Position numbers and translations under genes: made by a program. The notes below the pieces were generated by a model. It saw only the letters and a list, made by a program, of their open reading frames with translations, searched no databases and had not been told where the DNA came from. A stretch of 64,000 nt of DNA from Thermoproteota archaeon (GTDB lineage Archaea > Thermoproteota > Thermoprotei > Gearchaeales > Gearchaeaceae): NCBI GenBank assembly GCA_032249235.1, contig JAVVGF010000001.1:320001-384000 (forward strand). Reading direction: 5' to 3'. Below are positions 39,519-49,657 of this stretch, piece by piece; within the stretch, counting starts at the first letter, position 1; each line of letters begins with the position of its first letter.

Positions 39519-39561
39519 TTATTTACCTTTAAAAACAGGTTTTCTTTTTTCAATGAAAGCC
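39519..39561. repeat. 43-bp direct repeat, copy 2 (3' end of PaaF-like gene)
   Basis: Identical to 38383-38425. Confidence 0.95.
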
Positions 39562-40298
39562 CTCATTCCTTCTTTCGCATCTTCAGTCGATAGCAAAAGA
39601 TAGAATAACTTTCTCTCATATTCCAAACCTTCTTTTAAGCTTGTTTCTTGTGCTTTTCTTATGGAATCTTTAATGAAACGAACTGCAATAGGTGCTTTGC
39701 TAGCTATTTCCTTTGCTAACTTTATTGCTTCTTCTAGCAAAAGTTCTCTCGGAACAACTTTATTTACTATTCCTAATTCATATGCTTCTTTTGCATTTAT
39801 GAATTTACCAGTTAGACATAATTCCATCGCTTTTTGTTTACCTATTAATCTAGCAAGTCTTTGTGTCCCTCCTGCGCCTGGCATTAGTCCAAGATTTATT
39901 TCAGGCTGGCCGAACATTGCATCTTCAGAAGCGATTATCATATCACAACTTAAAGCTAATTCGCAACCACCTCCTACTGCATATCCTTGAACAGCAGCAA
40001 TGATTGGTTTAGTAACAAATTCCATCATTCTTTCCCATACTGCTAAGGGGCTTTTCTCTATCGCTTCAATAGGGCTAAGTAATACCATTTCTTTAATATC
40101 AGCACCTGCAGAGAAATGATTTGAACCCGTAATTATTATCACTCTTGTGCTTTCGTCTCTTTCAAATTGTTCAACAGCATCGATTATTTCTTCAACAGTC
40201 TTTTTGTTTAGTGCATTCAATTGAGCAGGACGGTTTATTCTTATTATACCTACTTCTTCTACTTTCTCTATAATGATATTTTCGTATTTCTTCTCCAT
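39519..40298 (-). CDS. Enoyl-CoA hydratase (PaaF-like)
   Basis: FSAGADIKEM, GGGCELA, GQPEINLGLMPGAGGTQRL. Confidence 0.92.
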   Translation of the reverse strand: MEKKYENIIIEKVEEVGIIRINRPAQLNALNKKTVEEIIDAVEQFERDESTRVIIITGSNHFSAGADIKEMVLLSPIEAIEKSPLAVWERMMEFVTKPIIAAVQGYAVGGGCELALSCDMIIASEDAMFGQPEINLGLMPGAGGTQRLARLIGKQKAMELCLTGKFINAKEAYELGIVNKVVPRELLLEEAIKLAKEIASKAPIAVRFIKDSIRKAQETSLKEGLEYERKLFYLLLSTEDAKEGMRAFIEKRKPVFKGK

Positions 40299-40328
40299 AG
40301 CCTAAGAAATGAAGATTAATTCTTAAGC

Positions 40329-41267
40329 TTAATGTATGTAAGATTCAAATTTAGTTATCAATTCTTTGCTTGCTTGATATCTGGAGATTTTTCCTTTAAG
40401 GATTTCCTCTGAAATTTTTTCCATTTCTTCATCATGTTCCTTTATAAATTTCTCAAGCAAACTGAAAAAGAAAGAATTTAAATCATTTATTAAGCTACTT
40501 TTCATCCTCATTTTTCTTCTCTTTTCTATTTCTCCACTTTTTGAATATTCTTCCCATTTACTCATCATAGCATCATAAAGCTCCTTTATTCCTTCATTAT
40601 AAAGTGCTGAAGTATAAACAATCTTTTTTTCTTTTCCAACGATCATTCTTAAAGTTACACCAGTTATTTTATTTCTGTCAAGATCTCCTTTATTTATAAC
40701 GTAGATATCTGCTATTTCCATCAAACCTGCTTTTAAAGCTTGTATTTCATCACCTGAATAAGGCATCAATACTAGAGAAACCACGTCTGCTTTCTTGAAT
40801 ATATCGGTTTCGATTTGACCAGCACCTACAGTTTCAATGAATATAACTGTTTTACCGCTAGCTTCTAATACTAGCATGGCATCATCGATTGCTCTCGATA
40901 AACCTCCAAACCATCCTCTTGTAGCTAAGCTCCTAGCATAAACCTTAGGATCTGAAACTTCTTCTATCATTCTAACTCTATTACCTAAAAGTGCTCCTCC
41001 TGATATTGGACTTGAAGGATCTACAAGCAAAACTCCAACATTTTCATCTCTATTTCTTGCTTCCTTTACTAATTTTGAAATAAGAGTGCTCTTACCAACA
41101 CCTGGGGGACCTGTTATTCCAAATACCTTTGCTTTACCTATTCTGTCTTTGAAAGTTTCTAATACTTCATATATTCTTGAATCGCCTTCCTCTATCATCG
41201 TTATAGCTTTTGCTATAAATCTTCTATCTCCATTCTCAATACCTTTCTTTATACTTTCCGTATCCAC
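40329..41267 (-). CDS. meaB: Methylmalonyl-CoA mutase chaperone GTPase MeaB/ArgK
   Basis: GPPGVGKST, VDPSSP...GGALLGNRVRM, ETVGAGQ, KAGLMEIAD. Confidence 0.94.
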   Translation of the reverse strand: MDTESIKKGIENGDRRFIAKAITMIEEGDSRIYEVLETFKDRIGKAKVFGITGPPGVGKSTLISKLVKEARNRDENVGVLLVDPSSPISGGALLGNRVRMIEEVSDPKVYARSLATRGWFGGLSRAIDDAMLVLEASGKTVIFIETVGAGQIETDIFKKADVVSLVLMPYSGDEIQALKAGLMEIADIYVINKGDLDRNKITGVTLRMIVGKEKKIVYTSALYNEGIKELYDAMMSKWEEYSKSGEIEKRRKMRMKSSLINDLNSFFFSLLEKFIKEHDEEMEKISEEILKGKISRYQASKELITKFESYIH

Positions 41268-41313
41268 TTAATTCTAGATAGATTTTAATTCTTTTAAAAA
41301 TATAATAAAAAGC

Positions 41314-43092
41314 GTGATTACAACAGCTGATTTATTCAAAGAATTTCCAAAAGGATATTGGAAGAAAAAATTAGAAGAGAAAATTCAAAAAAAGAATACC
41401 ATTTCTAGGCTTTACAACAAAGATGAAATGGAAAAAGTTTTTGAAGCTGAACAAACATGGAGGAAAGAAGTTTATGAACCATGGATTAAAGAAAGGCCTG
41501 AAAGAAAGCAAAAATTTGAAACAGCTTCAGGTATTGAATTAAAGCCTGTTTATACTCCTTATGATGTTAAGCATATTGACTATTTAGAAGATCTTAATCT
41601 TCCAGGATGTTTTCCCTTTACAAGAGGAATATATCCTTCAATGTATAGGGGTAAGCTATGGACGATAAGAGAATTTAGCGGTTTCGGTACTCCTGAGGAT
41701 ACTAATAAAAGACTGAAGTTTTTGCTTGAACATGGAGAAACAGGATTAAGTATAGCATTTGACATGCCTACGCTATATGGCTACGATGCAGATTCTCCTA
41801 GAGCTTTTGGAGAAGTGGGTAAAATGGGTGTTTCAGTAAGCTCTTTAAAGGATATGGAAATTTTATTTGAAGGAATACCTTTAGATCAAGTAACTACTTC
41901 AATGACGATTAATGCTCCTGCTATCGTATTGCTTGCTTTTTACATAGCTGTTGCTGAAAAACAAGGTGTTCCGTTGCATAAATTAAGTGGGACGATTCAA
42001 AATGATATGTTGAAAGAATACATTGCTCAGAAAGAATGGATATATCCTCCTGAAGCTCATTTGAGGATTATTAGAGATATAATGGAATTCTGCACTAAAA
42101 ACATGCCCAAGTGGAATTATATTAGTATAAGTGGTTATCACATAAGAGAAGCTGGTGCAAGTGCAATACAAGAATTAGCTTTCACTTTAATGGATGGTTT
42201 CACCTACGTTGAATTAGGAATTTCTGCAGGTTTAGATCCAAATGAATTCGCTACCAGACTTTCATTCTTCTTTAACTCGACTATGGATTTCTTTGAGGAA
42301 ATAGCAAAGTTTAGAGCTGCTAGAAGAATATGGGCAACAGTATTGAAAGAAAGATATGGTGTTAAGAATCCTAGAGCCTTATTACTTAGATTTCATACCC
42401 AAACTAGCGGTGCTTCTTTAACTTGGCAACAGCCTTTGAATAATATTGTAAGAACGGCGATAGAAGCATTAGCAGCAGTTTTAGGAGGAACACAAAGTTT
42501 ACATACCAATTCTTATGATGAAGCATTGTGTTTACCTACAGAAGAAGCAGTTGTTGTAGCTGTTAGGACACAACAAATAATTGCTCATGAAACAAATGTA
42601 GATGCAGTAATAGATCCTTTAGCAGGATCTTATTATGTTGAATGGTTGACGGATAAATTAGAAGAGGAGGCTTATAAATACTTCGATAAAATCGAAGAAT
42701 TAGGAGGTATGGTTGAAGCTATAAAGAAAGGATATCCACAAAAGGAAATAATTGAGAACGCATATAGACAAGCAATGAAAGTTGAGAATAAAGAAAGCAT
42801 AATAGTAGGTGTAAATGAATACATAGCTAAAGATGAAAAGATAGTTAACATATTCAGAACTGATCCTGAAGTTGAGAGGAAACAAAGGGAGAGATTAGAA
42901 AAATTGAAGCAAAGTAGAGATAACAAGAAGGTAAAAGAAGCTCTTGAAGAAGTGAGGAGGGCTTTCGAAGATCCTTCAATCAATCTCATGTATCCTATAT
43001 TGAAAGCTGTAAAAGCTTATGCTACACTTCAAGAAATAATGGATATAGGAAGAGAAGTCTATGGAACTTGGAAGGAACCTTCAATACTTTAG
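41314..43092 (+). CDS. Methylmalonyl-CoA mutase, catalytic (N-terminal) subunit
   Basis: [40 protein letters not shown]. Confidence 0.95.
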   Translation: MITTADLFKEFPKGYWKKKLEEKIQKKNTISRLYNKDEMEKVFEAEQTWRKEVYEPWIKERPERKQKFETASGIELKPVYTPYDVKHIDYLEDLNLPGCFPFTRGIYPSMYRGKLWTIREFSGFGTPEDTNKRLKFLLEHGETGLSIAFDMPTLYGYDADSPRAFGEVGKMGVSVSSLKDMEILFEGIPLDQVTTSMTINAPAIVLLAFYIAVAEKQGVPLHKLSGTIQNDMLKEYIAQKEWIYPPEAHLRIIRDIMEFCTKNMPKWNYISISGYHIREAGASAIQELAFTLMDGFTYVELGISAGLDPNEFATRLSFFFNSTMDFFEEIAKFRAARRIWATVLKERYGVKNPRALLLRFHTQTSGASLTWQQPLNNIVRTAIEALAAVLGGTQSLHTNSYDEALCLPTEEAVVVAVRTQQIIAHETNVDAVIDPLAGSYYVEWLTDKLEEEAYKYFDKIEELGGMVEAIKKGYPQKEIIENAYRQAMKVENKESIIVGVNEYIAKDEKIVNIFRTDPEVERKQRERLEKLKQSRDNKKVKEALEEVRRAFEDPSINLMYPILKAVKAYATLQEIMDIGREVYGTWKEPSIL

Positions 43093-43099
43093 AGAAATA

Positions 43100-43531
43100 G
43101 TGAGTAAGCTTCCAAAAAGGATTAAAATTTTGGTAGCTAAACCTGGCTTAGACGCACATGATAGAGGTGTTCATGTTTTAATGCGCTATTTCAGAGATGC
43201 AGGTCTAGAAGTTGTTTATTCAGGAATTTTAGCTACAGTTGATGAAATAGTCCAAACTGCTATTGATGAAGATGTAGATGTGATAGCCCTTAGTTCTATG
43301 AACGGTGCACACATGGTTCATTTCCCTGCAGTAGTAGAGAAGTTAAGAGAAAGAGGTGCTAGTGATATAATTGTGGTAGGAGGTGGAATAATTCCTGAAG
43401 ATGATAAGCCGAAGCTTGAAGCGATAGGAGTTACAGGCAACTACGGTCCTGGTACGCCATTAGAAGTTATATTAGCTCATATTTTAAATAGGGTTATAAA
43501 AGAAAAATTTAAATTAGATATTAAAGTTTAG
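43100..43531 (+). CDS. Methylmalonyl-CoA mutase, cobalamin-binding subunit
   Basis: KPGLDAHDRG B12 motif, GGGIIP; in-frame GTG 43100 preferred over ATG 43061. Confidence 0.93.
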   Translation: MSKLPKRIKILVAKPGLDAHDRGVHVLMRYFRDAGLEVVYSGILATVDEIVQTAIDEDVDVIALSSMNGAHMVHFPAVVEKLRERGASDIIVVGGGIIPEDDKPKLEAIGVTGNYGPGTPLEVILAHILNRVIKEKFKLDIKV

Positions 43532-44675
43532 AAAGCCAATCTCTTTTATAAGGAAACTTTAAATTCTTTGGCCCTATATACTCAGCTTTTGGTCTTATAA
43601 TCTTGTTATCTTGTATTTGTTCGATGTAATGTGCCGCCCAACCAACGACTCTTGCTATTGCAAAGATTGGAGTATATAACGGTATGTCTATTCCTAAGCA
43701 GTAATAAATCGGTCCGATCCAGAAATCAATATTAGCTGGTATCTTTCTTTCACGCCACATTACTTCTTCAAACCTAAGCATTATTTGATGTAGCTCTTTA
43801 TATTGCGGCTTTTTTTCTAAAATTTTTTCAAACAATTTCTTAGCAACAATGGTTCTAGGATCTAATTTTTTATATACTCGATGTCCAAATCCCATAACTT
43901 TTTCTTTCCTTGCAAGTGTTTCTAGTATATATTTCTCAGCTTCTTCAACACTTTTTATTTTAATCAACATCTCTGTAGCTTTCTCATTTGCACCACCATG
44001 TAAGGGGCCTTTCAATGCAGATAATCCTGCAGATATAGATGAATACATATCAGAAAGAGTTGAAGCTACAGTTCTAGTGGTGAATGTTGAAGCATTGAAG
44101 TCATGATCCATATACATAATCAGTGTTATATCGAAGATTCTACTCGTAAACTGATCTGGAACTTCGTTATTTAACATATATAAGAAATTCTCTGAATGGC
44201 TTAAATCAAATCTAGGCTTTACAGGTTCTAGATTTTTGAAAACTATTCTATATCCATTTGCAGTTATTGTTGCTAATTTTGAAATTATCTTAATAGCACG
44301 AAGAATTAAGTCATCATAGCTTTGACTATACCATTTTTCATCATAAGCAAGAAGAAGTTCAATACCGATTTTTTGAAGATCAATTGGTGTCAAATACTTA
44401 CCTCTTAGAGTTTTGAAAATATCGTATACTTCTTCAGGAACCTCTCTTTCTTTTTTCAATTTTGTGATGAAATCACTTAACTCATCTTCATTTGGCAATT
44501 TTCCCTTTAGAATTAGATAAGCAGTTTCTTCAAAAAATGAATTCTCTGCTAACTCTTCTATGTTATAGCCTCTATATATCAAGAAACCTTCAGGATCGCT
44601 TAAGGATATTGAAGATTTATCAACAAGGACATTTTCAAGACCTTTCGGAACTCTTATATATTCAGGTTTCTCCAT
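43521..44675 (-). CDS. prpC: 2-methylcitrate/citrate synthase
   Basis: DHDFNAST, GPLHGGANE, GFGHRVY, NIDF; follows prpD-prpB. Confidence 0.85.
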   Translation of the reverse strand: MEKPEYIRVPKGLENVLVDKSSISLSDPEGFLIYRGYNIEELAENSFFEETAYLILKGKLPNEDELSDFITKLKKEREVPEEVYDIFKTLRGKYLTPIDLQKIGIELLLAYDEKWYSQSYDDLILRAIKIISKLATITANGYRIVFKNLEPVKPRFDLSHSENFLYMLNNEVPDQFTSRIFDITLIMYMDHDFNASTFTTRTVASTLSDMYSSISAGLSALKGPLHGGANEKATEMLIKIKSVEEAEKYILETLARKEKVMGFGHRVYKKLDPRTIVAKKLFEKILEKKPQYKELHQIMLRFEEVMWRERKIPANIDFWIGPIYYCLGIDIPLYTPIFAIARVVGWAAHYIEQIQDNKIIRPKAEYIGPKNLKFPYKRDWLSKL

Positions 44676-44696
44676 CAAGTTATCTTAAGGTAATTA

Positions 44697-45557
44697 TTAT
44701 TTAAAGCTTGAACTAGCAACTTTCTTATCTAACTCAATATATTGCTGGTAATTAATGAGCTCATAAAATTCTTTTCTGCTCATCATTTTTTCAACGAAAA
44801 ATTTTTGCGTTCCTTTTTCTTTGATCTCCTTAAGTACTTCTTTCATAGCATATAATGATGCTCTTAACAAGGTTACTGGGAAAAGAACGATATCATAACC
44901 TGCTTCTCTGAATTCATCTAGAGTCAAATAAGGTGTTTTACCGAATTCTGTCATATTTGCTACTAATGGGGCTTTAATTTCTTTAGAAAACATTTTGAAT
45001 TCTTCATAACTTTCCAAAGCTTCAGGAAATATTACGTCTGCACCTGCTTCTAAATATATTTTAGCTCTCTCTATTGCTCCTTTAATTCCTTCAATTGTTC
45101 TTGCATCTGTCCTAGCTATTATCAAAAAGTCATCTTTTTTCCTAGCTTCCATAGCCATTCTTATCTTTTTAACCATTTCATCAACATTAACGAGTTGTTT
45201 ATCTTCTAGATGTCCGCATTTTTTGGGCATAACTTGATCTTCAATTTGAATAGCATTAGCGCCTGCTCTTTCTAATTCTTTAACTGTTCTATAAACGTTT
45301 ATCGCTTCTCCATATCCTGTATCAACATCAACTATTAAAGGTAAATCTGTTACAGCCCTTATTTCGTCAACAAGCCTTTTAACTTCTGTTAAAGTTATAA
45401 CTCCTAAATCAGGTAAAGCCATGCTGCCTGAATATGCTGCTCCTGATAAGTAAAGGATTTCAAAGCCGAATTTTTCGCATAAAAGAGCGGAAATCGCATT
45501 AAAAACTCCGATAGCTGGTCTAGCTTTTTTATCGAGCAATTTCCTTAATTCTGTCAT
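44697..45557 (-). CDS. prpB: 2-methylisocitrate lyase
   Basis: DVDTGYG, KKCGH, ARTDA, NMTEFGKTP. Confidence 0.94.
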   Translation of the reverse strand: MTELRKLLDKKARPAIGVFNAISALLCEKFGFEILYLSGAAYSGSMALPDLGVITLTEVKRLVDEIRAVTDLPLIVDVDTGYGEAINVYRTVKELERAGANAIQIEDQVMPKKCGHLEDKQLVNVDEMVKKIRMAMEARKKDDFLIIARTDARTIEGIKGAIERAKIYLEAGADVIFPEALESYEEFKMFSKEIKAPLVANMTEFGKTPYLTLDEFREAGYDIVLFPVTLLRASLYAMKEVLKEIKEKGTQKFFVEKMMSRKEFYELINYQQYIELDKKVASSSFK

Positions 45558-45595
45558 AACATAAAAATAGTTAAAGTAGTATTAATGAAGAGACT

Positions 45596-46927
45596 TTAAA
45601 AAATTAGTTGTTCAACTACGTCTTTTACTTTTTTATTTTCAATATTATTCAGATCTTTCAACAAATCTTTCGTTCGATCTTTAAGTAATGGTTCAATCAT
45701 TTTCTTGAATTTGTTTTCTAATTCATGATCAGATAAAGGATTCTTAAAATGCCCTTTAGGATAAATGACTTCCTCTGATACAGTTTTTTCTTTAGATTTA
45801 ATAGTGATCCTTGCAGGAACAGCTTCTGGATACAATTTATCCAATCTTTCATCTACAGCTATTTTCATTTTCTTAATTAGTGATTTAACCAAAGGATCTC
45901 CTAGATCATAGTAAGAATCCACTTCTATTTTTCCTTTTGCCAAAATATATGCTACTATGAAGGGTAAACTATGATCAGCCGTTTCTTTAGTCTTAGGATC
46001 CCACTTTTCAGGATCCTTTACAATTATGTTATAAGAAACTTTGAATGTATCTATTTCTATACTTTCAATATTTTCGATTTCGATTCTATCTCTTATTTTA
46101 AATGCAGCTTCAGCAGCACCCATTGAATGATATTCTACAGGATAATTCTTAATGCTCGTTTCTATAATTTTGAAACTTGTTTTCAAATCCAAATCGAATT
46201 CACCTGAGATTTGTTTGAAAAATCCTCTTTCTCCTTCGAATACAGGTGCAGGACCTGTTACCCCTTGTTCTGCCAATAAGGTATAGAAAACAGCATTCCT
46301 AACAGCATTAGGAGCACTTAAACCTTTCCACATGCTTAGTTCTCCAATTCTTGTTTGTCTTAGCGTTATAACATTTGAGGCTGTTAAATTTATAGCTTGA
46401 GTTATTTTTTCTGTGCTTAGATCCATCAGTTTTCCTAAGGCTGCTGATGTTCCAATCGCTATGTAAGAAATGTGATCCCATCCTCTTTCTCTTATACTTG
46501 CAGCATCTGCAAGCTTGCAAATTATTTCGTAAGCAATATTTATAGCTAAGATTAGATCTTTACCTTCTAAATCTAAATTTTCTGCAACTGCCATTAAACC
46601 TGCTATACAATCGCTTGGATGAAGTGCTTCTTTGGATAAATAAGTATCATTATAATCATAATATCGCGTCATGGCTGAATTTACAAATGAAGCATATTCT
46701 AAACTTGTTTTCTTTCCAGAACCCCATATAGTTGCGCTTCTTTCAGAGCTGGTTTTTTCAACAACGTTTCTTATTTTCTTTATAGGTTCTTCTTTTAAAG
46801 CAGGAAGAGCTACTGCAATGCTATCAATAATTCTTCTTTTGGCTTCTTTTATTGCATGCGAATTTAAATCTTTATAATTAAAATCTCTGACGAATTCTGC
46901 TATTCTTTCAGCAAGAAATTTGCTCAT
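45596..46927 (-). CDS. prpD: 2-methylcitrate dehydratase (MmgE/PrpD family)
   Basis: DYNDTY...HPSD, LSMWKG, ETADHS, PKGH..NP. Confidence 0.9.
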   Translation of the reverse strand: MSKFLAERIAEFVRDFNYKDLNSHAIKEAKRRIIDSIAVALPALKEEPIKKIRNVVEKTSSERSATIWGSGKKTSLEYASFVNSAMTRYYDYNDTYLSKEALHPSDCIAGLMAVAENLDLEGKDLILAINIAYEIICKLADAASIRERGWDHISYIAIGTSAALGKLMDLSTEKITQAINLTASNVITLRQTRIGELSMWKGLSAPNAVRNAVFYTLLAEQGVTGPAPVFEGERGFFKQISGEFDLDLKTSFKIIETSIKNYPVEYHSMGAAEAAFKIRDRIEIENIESIEIDTFKVSYNIIVKDPEKWDPKTKETADHSLPFIVAYILAKGKIEVDSYYDLGDPLVKSLIKKMKIAVDERLDKLYPEAVPARITIKSKEKTVSEEVIYPKGHFKNPLSDHELENKFKKMIEPLLKDRTKDLLKDLNNIENKKVKDVVEQLIF

Positions 46928-47051
46928 AATATTTCATATGCTCTACTTAATAAAAAAGAAGATTTTTCTCAATCATTTAAAGTCTATTTATTCATTTTCA
47001 TTATATTTTTTTATCTTAAAGTATTTAATATGAATAATAAGCTGAAATCGT

Positions 47052-47597
47052 ATGGAAGCTACATTACTAAAGTCAAAGGAAGAAACAATTCGTAGAGAGA
47101 AGAAAAAGGCTATATTATTGTTGAGCAAAGGATACATTCCTAAAGATTACCCTAAAGAAAAACTTCTTGAATACTTCATACTCAAGCTTAATTATGAACT
47201 TAATAAAAATGTTGATGAGAATAAATTAAAGGAACTTGAAAATGAGATAATAAATTGGCCTAGGAATCCTAACAATGATCCTTCTTATTTTAATTTGATA
47301 AATCTTCGTGAGGAGTTGTATTTCGTTTTAGGTTTCAACGTTGAGTTTGCCTTTGAGGAATATTGTGCTCCAAGAGTAAAGGATGCAATTTTTAATTTAT
47401 TAAGCAAGGGTTATTCCTCAATAATAATAGTGCCTATCGATTATATTGTAGGAATAAATGAGAGAACTTTAAAAGAAATTGAAGAAATCAAAAACTCTAA
47501 AGAAATAGAAATACAAATTGCCTGGCCATACAAGCTCGGTCTTCAAGCAGATTTCATAGCAACTCATCTACTTTCTTTCTTAAGAAAGCCAAGATAA
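47052..47597 (+). CDS. CbiX-like chelatase-fold protein, apparently lacking catalytic His residues
   Basis: NWPRNPNNDP, AFEEYCAP, IQIAWPY resemble an extended CbiX subfamily; SKG in place of xHG. Confidence 0.55.
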   Translation: MEATLLKSKEETIRREKKKAILLLSKGYIPKDYPKEKLLEYFILKLNYELNKNVDENKLKELENEIINWPRNPNNDPSYFNLINLREELYFVLGFNVEFAFEEYCAPRVKDAIFNLLSKGYSSIIIVPIDYIVGINERTLKEIEEIKNSKEIEIQIAWPYKLGLQADFIATHLLSFLRKPR

Positions 47598-47678
47598 TTT
47601 CATGGAAAAGTCTAATCTAAATTAAGTTTTATCATCAGCTATTTTCTCTTAAATATTTATCATTAAAGTTTAAACAGA

Positions 47679-48323
47679 ATGGCAAGCAAATTAGAGAAAG
47701 AATGGGATAAACCTATAACAGAGCCTTTATCTGAGAAGATAAAAGATGCAATACAACCAAGTGCACCACTAAAACAGAGGATTTTCCAGGTCATACACCG
47801 ATTAAAATTACAATCAAGCAAATTAGATTTACTTGCGGAAAGGTTGAGAGAAAAAGATAGAAGATTATTCGAAAAAGTAGTAGATAGTTATGTAAAGCAC
47901 GATATGGATAAAGCAAAAATATTTGCTAATGAAACAGCAAATACAAGGAAAGCATTAAAGCTTGTTGAGAATTGCAAATCAGCTTTAGAATCTGTTGTAT
48001 TGAGACTTGAGACTGTTCAATCAGTTGGTGATGTTGCGGTAGCCATAAGCGGGGCAATAAGCGTAATACAATCTGTAAGAGGTAAATTAAGCGGTATATT
48101 CCCAGAACTTGATAAAGAACTAGTTGCCATAAACGAGAATCTATCAGGTTTGCTATATGAAACTGCAGGACCTGAAGGAATGATTGGAGGCTTTGAAGTA
48201 ACCACTGAAGAATCGGAAGCCATATTGAAGGAAGCAGTAAGCGTTGCAGAATCAAGAGCTAAAGAGAAATTCTCAGAAATACCTATAGGTACAGGCTTAA
48301 ACGTCGAGCAAAAACAAAATTAG
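47679..48323 (+). CDS. ESCRT-III/Snf7 family protein (CdvB-like)
   Basis: PLKQRI, RLREKDRRLFEKVV, ANE, LRLETVQSVGD, EESEAILKEA...KF pattern typical of CdvB paralogs; no C-terminal wH domain. Confidence 0.85.
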   Translation: MASKLEKEWDKPITEPLSEKIKDAIQPSAPLKQRIFQVIHRLKLQSSKLDLLAERLREKDRRLFEKVVDSYVKHDMDKAKIFANETANTRKALKLVENCKSALESVVLRLETVQSVGDVAVAISGAISVIQSVRGKLSGIFPELDKELVAINENLSGLLYETAGPEGMIGGFEVTTEESEAILKEAVSVAESRAKEKFSEIPIGTGLNVEQKQN

Positions 48324-48329
48324 TTAACT

Positions 48330-48355
48330 TTAATTTTTTATTTTTTTATTTTTTT
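48330..48355 (+). terminator. Oligo-T stretch, probable archaeal terminator
   Basis: Three T runs of 6-7 nt immediately after the CdvB-like stop. Confidence 0.4.
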
Positions 48356-48358
48356 CAT

Positions 48359-49657
48359 GTGAATCATAGATATTCTATTTTAGCATTATTGATTTTTCTA
48401 TCATTTATTATCTCAGTCAATATTCTTCATGCACAAAATACTGATAAGTATTATGTTATCTCAATAAATCAAAACATAGATTTAGGTTCGCAAGTTTTTC
48501 TTGAGCAATCTATTGATTATGCTGTAAATAACGGCTATAAAGGTGTGGTTATAGTACTCAATACTTTTGGAGGATATTCAACAAGCATGGAAGCAATGAT
48601 TCAAAAGATTCAGTATGCGCAATCTAAAAACGTTGAAGTCATCACTGTAGTAGCTCCAGTAGGTGCACACGCTACAAGTGCAGGTTCTTTCATAGCGCTC
48701 GCTTCAAGCAAAATATATATGGTTAAAGGAACTTCTATTGGTTCTGCAACACCTGTATTAGGAGCAGTAGATGAAGATACTAAGAGAAAAGTCATAGAAG
48801 CTTTCGCAGCATATGCTAGAGCCCTTGCTGAAGCAAAAGGAAGAAATGCTACAGCAGCAGAAGAAATGGTCACTTTAGGGAAATCTTACACAGCTGAAGA
48901 AGCATATAAATTGAAACTGATTGATGGTGTTCTTAATTCACAAAGCGTTAATGGTGCTTTGAGTGAACTTAATTTGAATTATGATACAATTCATACACCA
49001 GGATTTTATTCTAACTTTCTTTCAGTTTTATCTGATCCAAATGTAGCTGCAGCTTTAACTTTATTGGCTACTTTTGGTCTTTTATTTGGAATAGTAGCCC
49101 AATCTGAAATCGTCATCGCCGCTGGAATAGTTGCGTTAATTTTGACTTTAGTCAGTTATTCAATAATTTCTCCTTTCGTAGGTGCAATTCTATTATTTAT
49201 CGTTGGAGCTATTTTGTTATTGGTAGAGCTAAAAATAGGAGAAGGATTAGGAGCAATTCCTGCTGCAATATTCATGGCAATAGGTTTTCTTTTGCTTTAT
49301 ATTCCTGTAACACCTCCTGAAATAAAGCCAGGAGAATTGCCAAAAGTAAGTTTCATAGAAATAGGTATTTCGCAATATGCAATCGCTGCAGCAATTGTTG
49401 TACTAGGTTCTATTGCAGGGATCTATTTACATAAAATAGCAGAAACTGTTAGAAAAAGAACTGCTTTATTGGATGTGAATAAGTTAATCAATAAAACAGG
49501 TTATACTATTACCGAAATCTTACCTGATAAACCTGGGGTTGTCAACGTAGAATTTGAAGAGTGGACTGCTAAGAGCGATGAAGAAATACCACCAAATACC
49601 AAAATTAAAGTCGTAGGGATAGAAGGAAATATATTAAAAGTTAAAAGAACAGAATGA
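48359..49657 (+). CDS. NfeD long form, membrane-bound ClpP-class serine protease
   Basis: Signal peptide, LNTFGG, ATSAGSFI, IGSATPV, TM region, C-terminal OB fold (EEWTAKS). Confidence 0.9.
   Translation: MNHRYSILALLIFLSFIISVNILHAQNTDKYYVISINQNIDLGSQVFLEQSIDYAVNNGYKGVVIVLNTFGGYSTSMEAMIQKIQYAQSKNVEVITVVAPVGAHATSAGSFIALASSKIYMVKGTSIGSATPVLGAVDEDTKRKVIEAFAAYARALAEAKGRNATAAEEMVTLGKSYTAEEAYKLKLIDGVLNSQSVNGALSELNLNYDTIHTPGFYSNFLSVLSDPNVAAALTLLATFGLLFGIVAQSEIVIAAGIVALILTLVSYSIISPFVGAILLFIVGAILLLVELKIGEGLGAIPAAIFMAIGFLLLYIPVTPPEIKPGELPKVSFIEIGISQYAIAAAIVVLGSIAGIYLHKIAETVRKRTALLDVNKLINKTGYTITEILPDKPGVVNVEFEEWTAKSDEEIPPNTKIKVVGIEGNILKVKRTE

Noticed and set aside
43061-43099. Possible frameshifted fusion of the two mutase subunits
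   Set aside because: Split mutases are normal in archaea; the large subunit ends at its usual position and an in-frame GTG follows 7 nt later
46928-47051. Very AT-rich intergenic stretch as origin or ncRNA
   Set aside because: Explained by divergent promoters; no repeats and no GC-rich structure
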